A DNA stretch of 64,000 nucleotides from Sphagnum compactum (lineage: Eukaryota). A program made the position numbers and the translations under genes. This document shows positions 24,401 through 39,796 of this stretch, piece after piece. The first letter of the stretch is position 1. Every line of letters starts with the position of its first letter. The notes beneath the pieces were generated by a model that worked only from the letters and a program-made list of their open reading frames with translations, made no database searches and was not told the origin of the DNA. Location of the stretch: the NCBI GenBank assembly GCA_965153455.1, contig OZ234493.1, forward strand, positions 2,852,001 through 2,916,000, read 5' to 3'.

Positions 24401-27074
24401 CTATGAAAAAAAGTGAGGGTTTTGTAATTAGGCTTCGCAACTCAATTTCAAAATTGTAGTGGTCATTTTGCAACTTAAAATATTTTTACAACATAAATGC
24501 TATTGAACAAGTTGTAACAATTGCATCAAACACATCAAGATCGTATATGTAAATGTATGTTACGAAAACTATATGCAACTTGGTGCAACTACTTTGCAAC
24601 TAGTTGTCCACATCAATGTTTATAAATGAATAGAATATTTTGCATGGATTTGCATTCATGTCTTGACAAATGAAATCTATTGATATTTGTTTCCAACTAA
24701 CTTGTAACGAATACATTACCAAATTACTCTTGTCATTAATGGATTTTGCCAATGGTACTATACTATTGCAATTTGAATTTAATTGGTGTAATTTTAAATT
24801 GTAGCTTATCAATTTGTTTAAAAATTATTTCACAATTAATATTCATTTATGGATGGTATTATTTTTCATTTATTGGAATTGACAATAATATTTTTTCATT
24901 TTGAAACACGTTACATAAATCCATTGCATAAATAATGATGAACAGCTTGCTCCAACAATATAATTGTATATATTAATATTCAATGTTGAAAAATACAATA
25001 TTCATATAAACATTTTTGGTGTTCCATGGTCCTTTCTATGGTGTGTATTCTTTTTACATTTATAATGTTAAGCTAAAACATGTTATTGTTATTATTGTTA
25101 TTGTTATCAAATATCATATCTAATATATATTGTTAGATACAATGCTAAAAGGTCCACCTTGTTTTTATTCAAGAATTGGACTCAATTTTGATCGTTGTCA
25201 AATGTTGAATGATGTTTGCACATTTGCAATGTAAAAACAATTTCATTATAATATGAAAATCAATTAATGTTCATATTTTAAATCTAAGTAAGATTCTTTT
25301 ACAACTAACAAGCAACATACATACGATGTCATCATTGACTTATCATTGAAATCATATATACACAACACATGCCATATAATCATATAATGGTTAAACTACA
25401 AATTTTATGTTTACAAATAATCATTTACAAAGTAAGGTGTTATAAGTAAAATTGGAGTACATTGGTTTAAATTTTCTCACATGTAAATGTAAACTTACAT
25501 GTACCTTTGTTGTTTTAAACATAAAAGTCTATTGAGCTTGGATGATTTGGGATTTACACCATCAAAGTTCATAATCAATAATTCATTTTAATTGCATAAA
25601 AACTAACAAATTAACAATCTAAATTCTTTTGCACAATAATAATGAATGATATTACAAATATACAAAACATGAGTGTTGAATTTGAATATTTATACTCATT
25701 ACACCAAAAAATTAAAAGCTTTTATAATTTCACATAATCATCAATAATAAAACTTTAATGGTTTCAATCAATAATAATAAAATAAACAAACAATTTTTTG
25801 ATAGCATGGCATGAAAATGAAAATACGTTAACCAAAATCATATATATGTGATATATTAAAATTGTATAAAGATCTATTTTGCAATTAATATATGACCTTT
25901 GTGAAAGGTATGAATTTTTTTAATGTGATATTTTATTTTTAAATACCTTATATTTCCATGAAACAAATGCAACATAATTGCACATCAGTTACATTGAACA
26001 CCTAATTGTAAGGTAGTAAGATTTACACAAACCCGATTTCTCATAGCGATGGTATATTTATAATTTCTAAAATACCTAAAAAAATAAATTCATATTATAT
26101 AGTTTGATAAACTTTAGGACTCCGCAATTGATTTGTTCTTTCTCAACAAAAACTAGTACTCTCCTAACCCAAAGAAAAATTAAAGACCCTTGATTAGAAC
26201 ATAAGCAACTCCCAATTGTAGTACCCTAGTACAACCTTGGCCAATTCGACACTAATTATATTATTTTCAGAAAATGTTGAAATTTTCAAAAATTATGATA
26301 TCTTCCAAGTCAAAAAAATATTGTGACAGAAAATAGTGAATATTTAGGAATAATCCATTTGTTGAAATGAATTTTTCAAAATTAATTAATTATTCAACAG
26401 ACATGTGTTGAATATGGCCAAGGTGCTACAATTAGTTGAATATGGCTATTTCAGAATTGTTTTTCCTCCAAATATGGCAACTTTGGTGCATTTCTTTCAC
26501 AAAAATCCTTTGTGTATGAGTGAGTTGCACTGGATTTTTTTCATTTTCTGATGTTGTGTCATTTGGCTACCATCCAAAGCGGGGATTTAGCATTAAATGG
26601 CAATAGGATTTTAGAACCCGTCTAAATAATTTTTTAAAAAATATTTTTAAAAATGATACCAAATGAAAATCAGAGTCCAAATGTGACAAATAATAATAAT
26701 TCAAAAGAATTCCCCCCTTTTTCTTTTTCTTTTCCAAATTTGGTGATTTTTCCATATAAATTTGGGAATATTGTTCAGAATATTCTCATTTTCATTTTTA
26801 TTTCTGGAAAAAAAATCACTGGAATAAAGTTACATGAGTTGGAATGGATTAAAGCAACCCAAAACCATTGTGAAAAAAAATCACCTCGAGATTGTTGATT
26901 ACCCTACACATAATCTTCTTGTGTGTCATATCATCATTCATATTACACAATTCTCATTCAAGCAAATTCATAACTTGCCATTCAAGAATGGGAGTTATCA
27001 ATCGACCATTCATCCATTCATTCAACTACTTGGCCCGGAGAACACTCTCGAGTGGCAAATTGTTGGTAAATGTG

Positions 27075-27422
27075 GGATAGATGATGATGAAGAATTCTTT
27101 AAGCCCTAAAAAAACAATTCATGACAAATTGTGGGTAATTGCGGGATAATTTTGGGATAGATGATAATGAATTCTTCAAGCCCTAAAACGATTGATGACA
27201 AATTGTGGGTAATTGCGGGATAATGTCGGGATAGATGATAAATGAATTCTTCAAGCCCTAAAAAAACAATTCATGACAAATTGTGGGTAATTGCGGGATA
27301 ATTTCGGGATAGATGATAAATGAATTCTTCAAGCCCTAAAAAAACAATTCATGACAATTTGTGGGTAATTGGGATAGATGATGATGATGAATTCTTCACG
27401 CCCTAAAAAACAATTCATGACC
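27075..27422. repeat. Minisatellite, about 5 copies of a 64-79 nt unit
   Basis: gggatagatgat..gaattcttcaagccctaaaaaaacaattcatgacaaattgtgggtaattgc is repeated head-to-tail. Confidence 0.9.
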
Positions 27423-27723
27423 AAAAATCATCAAATTTTTTTTAAAAATTCACAAGGAGGCTTGTTCCAAAGAAAGAATGTACAAAGCCCAAGCCCCATA
27501 TGCTTTGCTTTGGTTATTACTATACCAGAATTTTGACTCAAGTGGGGTATTTTCAAACCCCCCCCCTCCCTTAAAATGGTCAATCCTTTTGGGTTTCTAG
27601 TCCCAAAAGTGGGGCAATAAAGTCACTCACAAGTTGTCTCCAACACTCATAAAAGCCAATAATGAAAGATTCTCCTCCTCCTCCTCAAATAGAGGGATGA
27701 TGGGTTTTCTGGCTTTTTGGGGT

Positions 27724-27868
27724 AACCCAATCCAACCCAACCCAACTCAACCCAACCCAACTCAACTCAACCCAACCCAACCCAACCCAACCCAACCCAA
27801 CCCAACCCAACTCAACCCAACCCAACCCAACTCAACCCAACCCAACCCAACTCAACTCAACCCAACCA
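27724..27868. repeat. (CCCAA/CTCAA)n pentanucleotide microsatellite
   Basis: Seen directly. Confidence 0.95.
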
Positions 27869-30799
27869 CCATGCATTTGTTCTTCAGCCCATGTGGAGAT
27901 CTGATCATTTGATGTTGTACATGGACTATTTTATGACCAAGATAGAGCACCATGAAATGGTCACTTTGTAGGTAGTTTGAAGGGTTTTAAGCAATCTATG
28001 GGGGGGGGGGGGGGGGGGGAGAGATGCTAAAAAGAACTAGCCTTGAGTTAACCTTTGTAATTTGTTTGTAATATGGGCTGGTTTTGTCATCACAATAATT
28101 ACCTTTAACCATATCAATTCCCCCCAATAGTAATACACCTAAATATGCAACTATCCTATTGTTATTTGCAGTTTAGGAAAAGCTACAAAATTTATTTACT
28201 AGAACCATGTGGCCGGAGACAAAAGATTTGGATTAATCTAAGGTTATATATATAGTGTCAATTCAAAGATTTTATATACATAATAATTCATACTTTCTTT
28301 ATAATTTCCAATTACGATAATGCCACCCAGCAATTAGCTCCCACTTCCATGATTTTATATGTGTGATTTATACATTGTTAAAATTAAAGGACTAAAATAA
28401 ATAAATTTTTTATTTTAAAACATCTACAATAGTAGGAAATGTATTGTAATATTTAAAATTAACTTACATGAGATATAATTGTAATGATTTTTTTATCAAT
28501 ATAAAATTTATTATCATTTTCTTAAAATTATTGAATGTATTCTAATAGTTAAATTAGCCTTTAAATTTAAATTGTATGATCATAAATGTAATCTTTGGGC
28601 AAGGTTTCAACTTGAGCAAATTCCCCCTCCCCACTTTCCCCTGCTTTTTTCCCTTCATTTGTTCTTGGATGGTTTTCAATATTTTATCATTAATTATGTC
28701 AATCTCAAATTTGATTTTACTATATAACATGGACATGAAAAAGCACATTAACATGCACAAAACCCACAATTTTTCTTGTCTTTGTTATATTTTATCTTAA
28801 AAATTCTCCCCTTTTTTTTATGTTTGAACAATCAACCATGCTCCAACCCTTTTCAAATGCAAAAATATTTCACCTAACATTAGGTAGCCATGTTCACATG
28901 TCATGTTTGCAAGTTTGTGTGAGACTCACGTCCTATGTTACCATCTATGTACTACTAAAGTAAGTATTGGCAAGACATGAAAGCAAAGTGAGGACATGCT
29001 AAAACCTTACAACTTAGGACTACCCAATCATTTCCAAAACCTTTATTTGGTGAGGAACTCTTTTTGGATTCCCAAGTGTTTTCACTTCATAATTATATTT
29101 TGTTAAAAGGTAGTCAACAAAATTTGAACACCTTTCTATACCTATCACATTCAATTAGGGTCTTCTTGCTTAAAATAATCAATCAATCAAATAATGGTGT
29201 ACATTCACAAAGAGCTAAGGCCCATAGGATGGACAAACCTAACAAAAGGGTCAAGTGCATTTTCCACTTTGTAGCCTTGATAATAAACTTAATAAGTAAC
29301 ACTATATTATCTCTAACTAGAGAAACCACTATGAATATATGTTACATAATTTGATAGTAATTTCACCTATCTATTTTCATCTTTTACTTTGTTGAACATG
29401 AGAAGAGTTTCAAAATAAATTGTAAAGATGACACTTTTGGTGCCATTAGACATTTAGAAGTTGTTGCTACTAACCAACAAAAAAAGTTTTGTAGTTCTTT
29501 CATTAAATGAAAACAATGAAGGTGATTTATAAGCAACAATCAATTGTGTAATGCTAGAATTGTAATGTATTAACCAAATGTGTGGTTGTTAAATTTTATT
29601 TTTTTTCTTTTGAAAATTCATCATCAACCTCAATGGAAATAACATTAGTTATGACTTTGAGGATATTAATGAACATCACAACACCATAAGAGGATTTCTA
29701 CTTACATGCATGTTAGTTGTGCAAATAAGGTAAAAAATGCATCATGTGAAATGTGAATGTTCATAAATTGGTCATGCATAACTTGCAATGAAGATCTTGA
29801 TTTGGACACATGTGGTAGATTTGGCCACACAAATGGGTTGTAGCAAAAGATTGAACTATTACATTACACCAAATTTGTAACTTTTTGAAATATCTATCTA
29901 TTGATTGTTTATTAATTGAAATTGGATATTATAATCAAAATGTTTGTGAAGGTTTCAAATATCACATGCAATATAAAAATTGAAAACATTTTTATGTGTC
30001 AATGCGATGGTTAACATCATGACAAACAATTTTGCTTCCCCAAAAAAAAAATTAAAAAAATCTTTGAGAATCATTGTGAAAGGCATTCAATTTTAAAACT
30101 TATCAAATGAAATGTTAAATGCATGTTAAACTTTATATATCCTAAGGAATTGCTGCAAGATTGATTTATAATGCATTGTTATAAACTTTTTGTGCCATCC
30201 TTTGGCAAATACATACAACATGGCAATTGCACCCCATGGCTAACCACATAGCAAAAGTTGTATATAAGGAGATACTATCAAAAGGATGGATGTCCCCACA
30301 ATATATTATGTGTTATTTTTTACTAGGACAAAACCAAATGAATGGTTATACACAATTATGGGAATGTTTACATTTGGCTAACAATTGGTGATTACAAATG
30401 AGGTGATTTGCTTCCTATTTATTGACCTTATGAGCTTTAGAATCAAAACATATCTCCAAAAAATATCATTGAACATCATGTCCCAATGGATGATAATAAC
30501 TCGTTAAATTACATTCATTAGTTTTTAAACTTCAAAAACTTACTTGTGTACAAGAATTCAACCACACACATGTGTGATTGCTTCCATTTCAATTATTTCC
30601 AGCAAATGATTTTATTATTTTTAATTATCAAAATTACCAAAAATGATTAATTTTTAAAAATGAAATATATATATATATATATGATTTTTTTCTTTCATAA
30701 TTTCATATGTCCATAATTCATCATGTTCAAATGAATCTTCAAATTGTTCTAATTCTTTTTAACTCTATATCCTTTTCAATTTATTCCACCAAATTAAAA

Positions 30800-31430
30800 A
30801 ATAATTTGTAGCCAACTATTGGATCATTAGGCCAATTCTTGTTCACAAATATCAACTTTTCCAAATTGGTTGTTTGTAAACAACATCTTTTTAAATTTGT
30901 TAATATGATGGTTAAAAAGAAAGTCCTTTTTATCTCAATTTGAAATCTTATAATGCTTAATATTTGGCAAGTAAAAAAACCAACAATGAAAACATGAATT
31001 CATGCTTCTCCCATCATTGAAGAAGACATTTTATATCTTTAATGTCCACTTGGTATTTTCTAAAAATCCAAAAAAAATTACCAATAAGTTCTTTCACCGA
31101 CTCATTGGTGCTAACAATTTGATAAAAAAAAATCCAAATCACAATCTTCTTAAGCCATTCGGTTTGCACGACCAACTTAAAATGCTAACACAAGATGTAA
31201 ATGATTATAACATTTGATAAGCATGGGATATTAGAGTCTTTTGTCATATTTTTCAACAATAACCACACTTTCTTCATGGACAATATAAAATGATATTAAG
31301 TGAAGGCTTTGAAATCTAAGTTCTAGCATCAGAAACATGTTATGGAATTTTTTGACATCATATTTCTTTAAAATGGAGAGGAAAAACTCGAACAACCCCA
31401 AAACCTTTTTTTTCATCTTGGAAACCATGG
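30800..31430 (-). mobile_element. Decayed hAT transposase C-terminus, including the dimerisation domain
   Basis: The minus strand reads KKFHNMFLMLELRFQSL (LDPRFK-like)...CLLQ*WEKHE...CQILSI...EIKRTF...LTNLKRCCLQTTNLEKLIFVNKNWPNDP. Confidence 0.75.
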
Positions 31431-33071
31431 AAAAATCTAAAGAACAACCATAGAATCATCATATATCAAATTGACTAGTGTTGGTGGTGAGTATGTAAAA
31501 TGAAATGTAATGCAATTCAAAAATAAAGTATGAATCCTACAAACAACAAATGTATTTCCTAATGTTAAAATGTTACCAAGTTTAATAACAAACAAAAATT
31601 GAACTTGGAACATAAAAAAATGTTTCACCAAAATAAATGGAAATATAAACATTAACATCCAAACAAAAAAAACAAAAACTTACAAGCATAGTTTGAAAGT
31701 CATACTTCGAAAAATAAATCAATGATGAATCAAAGTTCCTCGTTCCAAACCTATACAAAGCATGTGGGGAGAATCACCAAATTGACAAGCAACATCAAGA
31801 GGAATTAAACAACAATGCAAGAAGAATGAAACAATACACATGGGAACTAACTCAAAAACACACTTAAAGTGGGAGGAGCTAAAAAACAACAAAAGAAATG
31901 AACAATAATATATGAAAACCTAAGCAACAACACAAAAAGACCTGAACAACAACACAAGAGAAACCAAACAACATGCATGGGAGCTAGGTCAAAAAAGGTG
32001 CTTGAAGTTGGAGGAGCCAAACAATAACAAGAAGATTGAACAACAATGCAAAAGGACCCAAGGAGGAATGCAAGAAGACTTTAACAACAGAATTTTTTTT
32101 AAAAAAAAACAAAAAACAAAACTCTCTATTGAGCCTATCACTATGAAAGGCAAGGGCCTTATCAAATTCCTACACTTTACTATAATACTAGGTTAGGTGC
32201 TATTTCACCCAAGGCCAAACAAACAATGTGAAATGGATAGATGGTCATAGACAAATGTGTCCAACTGGGGAGAGAAAGTCATAGATGGACACACTACTAC
32301 TACTACTAATTGGTGGATTCCAGGCTAAATTACCAAACACCAAGTTGCCTCCAACAAGTTGAGGAGAGTTGGGTTCCCATCATTTTGTCTGTACTTCCCA
32401 CCTAAGATGCAGCTTGGGAGGTGATTGTGGTGGTTGGGGGAGCTTCCAAAGTCCACCTTGAATTCCATGGGGAAAGTCATGTGAAGAAGAAGAAGAAGAA
32501 GAAAAAAGTTGAATGATGCCTATCTCATGTCCACACTTAGTAACTGAGTTTCCAAATCATAATAATAATGATAATAATTAATATAATAATAAATAATAAT
32601 AATAATTTATTACCACCTATAATTTTCTATGAACATGTCTCCTCATCTAACCCACCTAAAATAAATAAATAATGAAAAAGCACCTACAATAATAATTATA
32701 TATATATATCTATATAGAACTATACCTAGATAAATACCAATTTAGGGGTTGGTTCCAGGTCTGGTTCTAGCCGGAGTTTGGTCCCCAGTTCCAAGCCTAG
32801 TTTGAGGTCAAGTTATGGGACCAGGATTTTATTTTATTTATTTTATAATTTATTTATTGTTTGAAGAAATTCAGAAATTTGAATTGGTGGTTCAGGTACC
32901 AAAGAACCGGAACCGTTATGTTAGTTCGTGTTCTCACACGCGCCCAAGGAGAGAACCCTACAATACTCGCAAAAAACCCCAAAAATAATTAATTTGGGGG
33001 TCTTCTCGACATTTAAATATCCCATCCTAAGACTAAATAAGTGTCTCCTAGTCCAATTTTTAACATTTTTT

Positions 33072-33192
33072 GGGTTAAATTTAAAGTGGGGTTTAGGGTT
33101 AAATTTTAAGTGGGTTTAGAGTTTAGGGTTACATTTTAAGTGGGTTTAGAGTTTAGGGTTAAATTTTAAGTGGGTTTAGAGTTTAGGGTTAC
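33072..33192. repeat. 30-nt tandem repeat with embedded plant telomere motifs (TTTAGGG/TTTAGAG)
   Basis: About 4 copies of ttaaattttaagtgggtttagagtttaggg. Confidence 0.85.
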
Positions 33193-34227
33193 ACTTAATG
33201 GGAATTTGAATATTTTGAAACCAACAGTTTTATTTTATTCTGATTTTTCAAATATCCAAACCCAGTGGTTTTTAGAAATCAAATATCCGCCCAACACTGG
33301 TTTAAATTGTTTAAAAAATATTTATAAAAAAAAACCCTCCATTGTCTTTTTTTATTCCAAATTTAAAGTTTCCTAAATTGAATGCAACCACTAGAAAGAA
33401 GCCTAAGGGTTTTTTTTTTACTTTTTTTTAATTTTTTTTAATTTTAATTTTAAGTTAAAATTTCACCACTAGGTTTTAATTTCTTTTGAAAACGGCAACA
33501 ATTAGTTATTTATTTATTTATTTTTCCATGTTTTCTAGTCCCCAATCTCAAACATTTTTATTTTATTTTTGTTTTGCAAGATGTATAATATCTGAATGAA
33601 TTTGTTCCATTGTGTCGGGTCTTGGGTTTTTAAAAAGAAAAAGAAAAAAAGTGAATAGACTTTTGAAATCTAAAAAAAAAAAGAAATTTGATCACCCAAA
33701 TCTTTATTTATCTCAAACTTTTTTTTTTTAAATTTAAAAATCATCATCACACTAGCATCAATTTCAACGTTATTTATTCTATGATAACTAAGATTCAGAA
33801 AACATATAACTATTATAAAACTCTAGACATAACAAATAGTATTTTTTTTAAAAATTCAAAATTATTTTAATAATCATATATTCTTTAATTCTGGTATGGA
33901 TTGATCACCACCTCAGCTACATTACAAAATAAAAATAAAAATAATATTTATAAATTTGTAATAATAATATTTATTTAAAAAAAAAAAAAAAACTGGGACA
34001 CACTCAAGGTGGAGAAGGTACAAGCTACTAGTGCAAGTGCTAGGTTCACACTGGCCCACTTTTTGAGACTTTTTGACGATTCGGAACTGGGCGAGCTTTT
34101 GTTTGTTTTTTTCTCTGCAAGATTCAATGACTCGAGACTTGTTTTGGGGGGGGGGGGGGGGGGGGGGTGGGGGCCACTGTCCTTCCCTCTTTTTTTTGGC
34201 ATGGCAATAAATAAAATGGCCTTTCTA

Positions 34228-34606
34228 GTATATTTTGGATGAAGTATTATAGTCAAATTGTGTGAAATAAAGGCCTTTGGATGAAGTATTATAGTTGAAT
34301 AGTGTGAGAAATACTATTTTGGATGAAGTATTATAGTTGAATAGTGTGAGAAATAAGGGGCCTTTTTTTTGTGGTATATTTTAGATGAAGTATCATAGTC
34401 AAATATTGTGAAATGGTGAAATAAGGGGCCTTTTTTTGGGTATATTTTGGATGAAGTATTTGTTATAGTCAAATAGTGTGAAATAAGGGCCGCCATTGTT
34501 TGGTATATTTTAGATGAAGCATAACAGTCAAATCAAATAGTGTGAAATAAGGGCCTTTTTTGGGTATATTTTTTGGATGATGCATTATATAGTCAAATAG
34601 TGTGAA
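34228..34606. repeat. Minisatellite, about 7 degenerate copies of a 40-60 nt unit
   Basis: tatattttggatgaagtattatagtcaaatagtgtgaaataagggcc is repeated. Confidence 0.9.
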
Positions 34607-34747
34607 CTTGTTTTGGGCTGGAAATATGCCCGTGCATGTTAGTGAATTGCAATGCCTTGCAATTATGTTGGTAAAAAAAAAAAGATTCTTCTTGATTAAC
34701 CAACTGCAATGATTGGCCTAGTTGAAAATATTTAAATGGTTTATCAT

Positions 34748-35072
34748 TTTAAAGTAATGACTAAACCTAATGGCTAAACTCAGTGACTTGAAATAATGAT
34801 TAAATTTAGTGGCTAAACTAAATGACTTGAAATAATGGTTAAACCTAATGACTAAATTCAATGACTTAAAATAATAGCTAAACCTAGTGAATAAATTTAA
34901 TGATTTAAAATAATGGCTAAACCTAGTGTCTAAATTCAATGATTTAAAATAAAAACTAAACTTAATGGCTAAATTCAATGACTTAAAATAATGGTTAAAC
35001 TTAGTGGTTAAATTCAATGACTTAAAATAATGGTTAAACTTAGTGGTTAAATTCAATGACTTAAAATAATGA
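34748..35072. repeat. 39-nt tandem repeat, about 8 copies
   Basis: Unit ttaaaataatggttaaacttagtggttaaattcaatgac. It produces the 13-aa repeat ORF 34718-35107. Confidence 0.9.
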
Positions 35073-36514
35073 CCTTTTTCAGGTTTGGAATTAAATAATA
35101 ATACCATGGTGTCTCTATCATTTTAGCAATCTTTTTGATAAATATTTATTTTTTTATTTATTTTTTTTCACTTGAAAGCTTACCATTCAATTCAAACATG
35201 ATTTCCTTTCGTATTTGACGCTTTCCAAAAATCAATACATACATTTGCAAAACAATGTTCACACATTGAGTTTCCCTATTTTGTAAGGGGTTCACACTTG
35301 GGCCAACGGCACAGGCCACACGAGTAGAGTATACACTAATACTATTCGCAACAAAGTCTTTTAGAACTTTTGACATTTGTGGTCAGCTAATTTTGAACAC
35401 AATCAACATTTATTGAAAATAATTTAATTATTTTCAGAAAATGATAAAGGTGTTACATAAGTATGGTAGTGTAAAATTTTATTTTCCACTGAAACAAAAT
35501 GCCCAATATTACTAAATTGTAATACCCTTACAATAATGTTAGGAAAAGAAATTTTACTATGAAATTGCATCTTAACTCATAGCAATGAAATGGCTTATGG
35601 ATTAAGTATAGTAGTGTGTAGTAGTATAACACTCAATTTGGGCCTATACAAAATTCCCACAATATTCTGCCCTTGTAAAGGGCCCTGTAAAAGAAAAAAA
35701 AATGGATTTAAAAAATTAAAAAAATTGTTGAACTATAATAATGGGCCGAATTGATGATATTTAAAATAGTATCTCACTTGATGATGTCAATTTTTCTATG
35801 TTTATAGGGTGGGGATTGGGGGAGGGGGGGGGGGGGGGGGGGGATAATTGACATGGTATATTGGGTATGGTAAAAACACTTATACAGGCCCAAACAAGGG
35901 GGTATGTGGGTGGAGATGGTCTTACATGCTTTGATAGCATTACATATAGTAAAGGACGTCGGGATGAAATGAAGCTTTCCATCCATTTGTCCGTCCGTCA
36001 TTCATCCCGTCATCCGTCCCGTCATCCATCCAAACAGAACAAATATATATTTTAAAAAGGGAAAAAACTAGTTCATTTGTTATAAGACAAAGGAAAGAAG
36101 TATCCTTTCAAAATGGTATGTCATATGTGTGACCCAAAAAAAAAACAAACAATGGGTGTTTTAGAACTATGTTGGCTATAATAATATAAGTTTTTTTTGG
36201 GTTTATTGTATACGGCTTTTGATTCTATTTTTATTTCAGTACAATCGGTGTTGGCAGCTTGTCACACAAGTTCCATATTTTTCGGCAAAAGTCAAAAAAG
36301 TTGGGAGAGCTCGCAACAAAAGTTGGTTTAAGGGTGTTATCTAACATCATCCCACAAAGCGGTAAAGCTCCAAATGCCGCAAACTATCATACCCTACTAT
36401 CAAACAAAGGTTATGCCAAGAATGGGTTTTCAAGAATAAAAAGCTTTTCCTTTCCTTACTCAAAGAGATCTAGAGAATTGCCCAAAATAAGGGGATCTAC
36501 AACATGGATTGTCT

Positions 36515-36765
36515 AACCCTAATTTTGAGAATGTCCCTTCACCCTTCTTGGGCTTTACCCATAATAAACCATGAGGCAATGATTATCAATGAACTTAAAA
36601 AACAAACATTAGGTATGTAAAATACCAAGGCCCATGAATGAATCGGCAACCCTAATTTGACAATGTCCCTCCACCCTTCTTGGGCTTTACCCCTACTAAA
36701 CCATGAGGCAACCAACATCATGAACTTAAACCATAGGTATGTAAAATCACTAAGGCCCATGAACC
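36515..36765. repeat. Diverged tandem duplication of about 130 nt
   Basis: aaccctaattt..aatgtccct.cacccttcttgggctttaccc...aaaccatgaggcaa...taggtatgtaaaat..aaggcccatgaa occurs twice. Confidence 0.85.
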
Positions 36766-39700
36766 ATGATGAATGGGGAGAGTTCTTATGCTTACTCTTT
36801 AAAAAAGTGTGTTCACACTTGATGTTAGGGATTCTAGTGTTGAGTTCCGTAACCACCGTGCTAGTCATGTAGGACTTAAACCTACTTACCATGAACATTT
36901 TATGTTAAGCTAACATTCACTTAACATGATATCACCCATTTAACATTGGGTGTCACTTAGCATGCCACCTAGATTTTTATATTAACACGGACTTAATATC
37001 AAGTGTGAATTCACCATGAAAGTGGTAGGAATTTTTTTAAATCCCTTGATTTCAAAGGATTAAAATATTCTCTCTACGATTTAGATAATATTTTAAATTT
37101 TTCATTTAAATTGTCAACCCTAGGTCTGAACTACTCAATGTAAAAGTTAAAATAGATCTCATTGTATTTTATTTTTTTAATCTATCCTTTTGTGTGAACC
37201 CTCGAAGGGCTTAAATTTACTCCGTAACCTTAAATCATTTAAAACCCCCAATCAAGAGAGCGTTAAATGGAATTAAAATATTCTTACTTTGCCCTTCAAA
37301 CAGCCCATAGTTTGGAAATGAAACTTGAATTCCTCTCTTTGTGGTGTAAATATATTATGATAAATACAAGTAAGCAATTTACATATATATATATAATTAT
37401 TCCTCTCCCCCAAGAAGATGCAAAGTCCCATGGAAATTGGGCACTTGAGGGGTACAATAAGCAAATATTATTTTGTGGGAGTTGATGTGCCATAATGTGA
37501 AGGACTTGGGTCTCAAGATCAAGTTCAAAGTCCCATGACAAGTTCATCAATGTGTCTATACATACACATGAGTTTTAGGTATATTTATGTTTTTTTCAAA
37601 TTTATCAAACTAATGTTTTTGGCACACAATTTTCGTCAAGTTTTTCTTTCATAAGAAGTATGAAAGTTCTTTAAACATCAAATTGCAAACTAATTTTTTT
37701 TTTCTCACTTTTCAGGTGTAATTTTAAAACAAAGTCTCAATTCACAAACATGAAATCTCCAAGTTTATTGTGTAATCTACCAACTTTATTATCTTTACAA
37801 TGAATTAACCTTCCAAATTCTCTCAAAAGAAGAAGACCCAAACTTTCTTTTAAATGCTAGTTAATAGAAAATTTAACAAAGAAATTCCCAAAAGTCTTAT
37901 AACTATGTTACTCGCCATATGACTCATCATGCATAATAAATAGACTTACTTACGTAGTTAATGATTCATCATGCATGAACCATGCATCTTGTGCACATTT
38001 AACTAACATTATTATGGGTCTTCTAAGGGGCTCACCATACATAAGTCATGCACATCTTGTAACACGATCGTTTTCAATGATCACCATTTTTTTATTTTTT
38101 TTGAAATTGCATAAAAATTAACCTAATAATTCATTCACTTCTAAACCACCACGAGTCCTCCCCCATTTTAAAATTACCTTCTTATTCACAATTTCATTTA
38201 CCAAGAGTGCGGCAAGGGGCTTGCTTGCTTCATGGTTTGAAATTTTCACCATGACAAACAAACAACGAAACAACCTTCATAAAATAGACTTGTGTAGCTT
38301 GTGCCATTTGGGCCAAGTGTGAATTTTGTTACCCACTTAATTTTTCTTTCCAAAACCACTTTTTTGCGGTTTAATTGGAGTTTTAATTTTAAAAAAAATA
38401 CTCAAAATTCAATATCTCTCTCACCTTACTTAGGTCTAAAATTTTCCAAAAAATCACTTTCAATATAAATCCCACTCACGAAGAAGGGCTTTCCAAAAAC
38501 ACCAAGGACATGCCCAAATCCTTTCATAATTTTTGTAGTTCTGATTTAACACCTAAAAGAGTGAGCCATTCTTGAAATAAGTGAGTCTTTGGGCTCAATC
38601 ATTTGGGACTCACTCACTGGGAAGGCCAAATGTGGCCCCCCCTAAGGGACTTTTTCTTTAGTAAATTAGGAGCCTTTTATTTTCCTTTTTTGTAAGATAC
38701 CATGCATGCTCAAGATACTTTAGCTAGTTTCCATTGTCCAATAGCAAGTTCGGGCATTCCAGTGTCCATTCTCAAACAAATTATTGCATAACGAAGATTT
38801 CATGTTGTTTAAAATGTTGAAAATTTTCATAGATTTTTAAAATTTTCCGCTAATTTTTTAAAATTATGAAACAAAAAAATCTTTGAAAATTTTCAACAAC
38901 ATTTTTAAAAAATCATTTAATTAATTAGTGTTAAAACTACCAAGGTATTACAATATTGACTCATGACTAATTTACATGCCATTTACACTCACAACATTGG
39001 TGGCTAGGTAGGTACCTATTCTGAAAGGGGGGGGTTGGGAGGGGGGGTAAATGGGGAGGAGGAGGAGGAGAAGGGGTTGTCCCAGAAAGGTCCACTGTTG
39101 AGGTTCCCAAAGGACGATTCCAGAGATTCTGGTCAGTCTGGTGATCCTGGCAGTTGCCCTTTTTGGGTCAGGGCCAATGTGATAAGTGAGTGACAAGATA
39201 AAATTAAAACTTCAAAAAATGTAACACAAAATTAAGTAGTGCTTGCGAAATGTTGTAAATTGTGGGGGTCATTTTGGGGATACATAATTTCAATGATTTC
39301 ATGTTAATTAGGGAAAAGGGGGGGGGGGGGGGGGGGGGAGAGAGGTTACCCTTAAGTTTCAAAAGAAATGCAAATTTGGGTTATTGCTCTCTTTGATTGG
39401 CCCATCACCAAAATAATATATCAAAAGGAGGAAAAAAAGAATCCCTGAATTTAGCTTAGCCCCATAAAAAGAAGGAAAAAACCAATGTTGCAAAAGAAAA
39501 CCTAAATTTTGTAAACGACAAAAAGGAAAATAACCCAATTTAGCAAAGTAAAAGAAACTGATCCCTTCCCCCCCCCCCCCCGGCGGTACTCCCCCCTCCC
39601 TCTTACGTACCTCCTTGCGCGGTTATAGGGTAGGAGGCTAGGCGGCGAATCTAAGCTGCGCGCACATCCTGGCGGGCGTCCTCCGGGGAGGGTGCACGTA

Positions 39701-39796
39701 TGCGCAGACACGGCAGGGGTATCTTGCTTGTGTGCGCGCGCGAGCGAGCGTGCGTTCGACAAAAGGAAATCTGCAAAGCCAGCGGGAGCGGTGGCT

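Noticed and set aside
27075..27422. Repeat array resembling CRISPR
   Set aside because: The inter-repeat sequence is itself repeated and the context is eukaryotic.
34718..35107. 129-aa ORF with 13-aa repeats / CRISPR-like periodicity
   Set aside because: It is a 39-nt head-to-tail minisatellite with no unique spacers and no cas genes. The ORF arises because the unit is a stop-free multiple of 3.
27999..39338. Several poly-G tracts (about 28000, 34150, 35820, 39320)
   Set aside because: Simple homopolymer runs recurring through the intergenic DNA, with no evidence of specific function.
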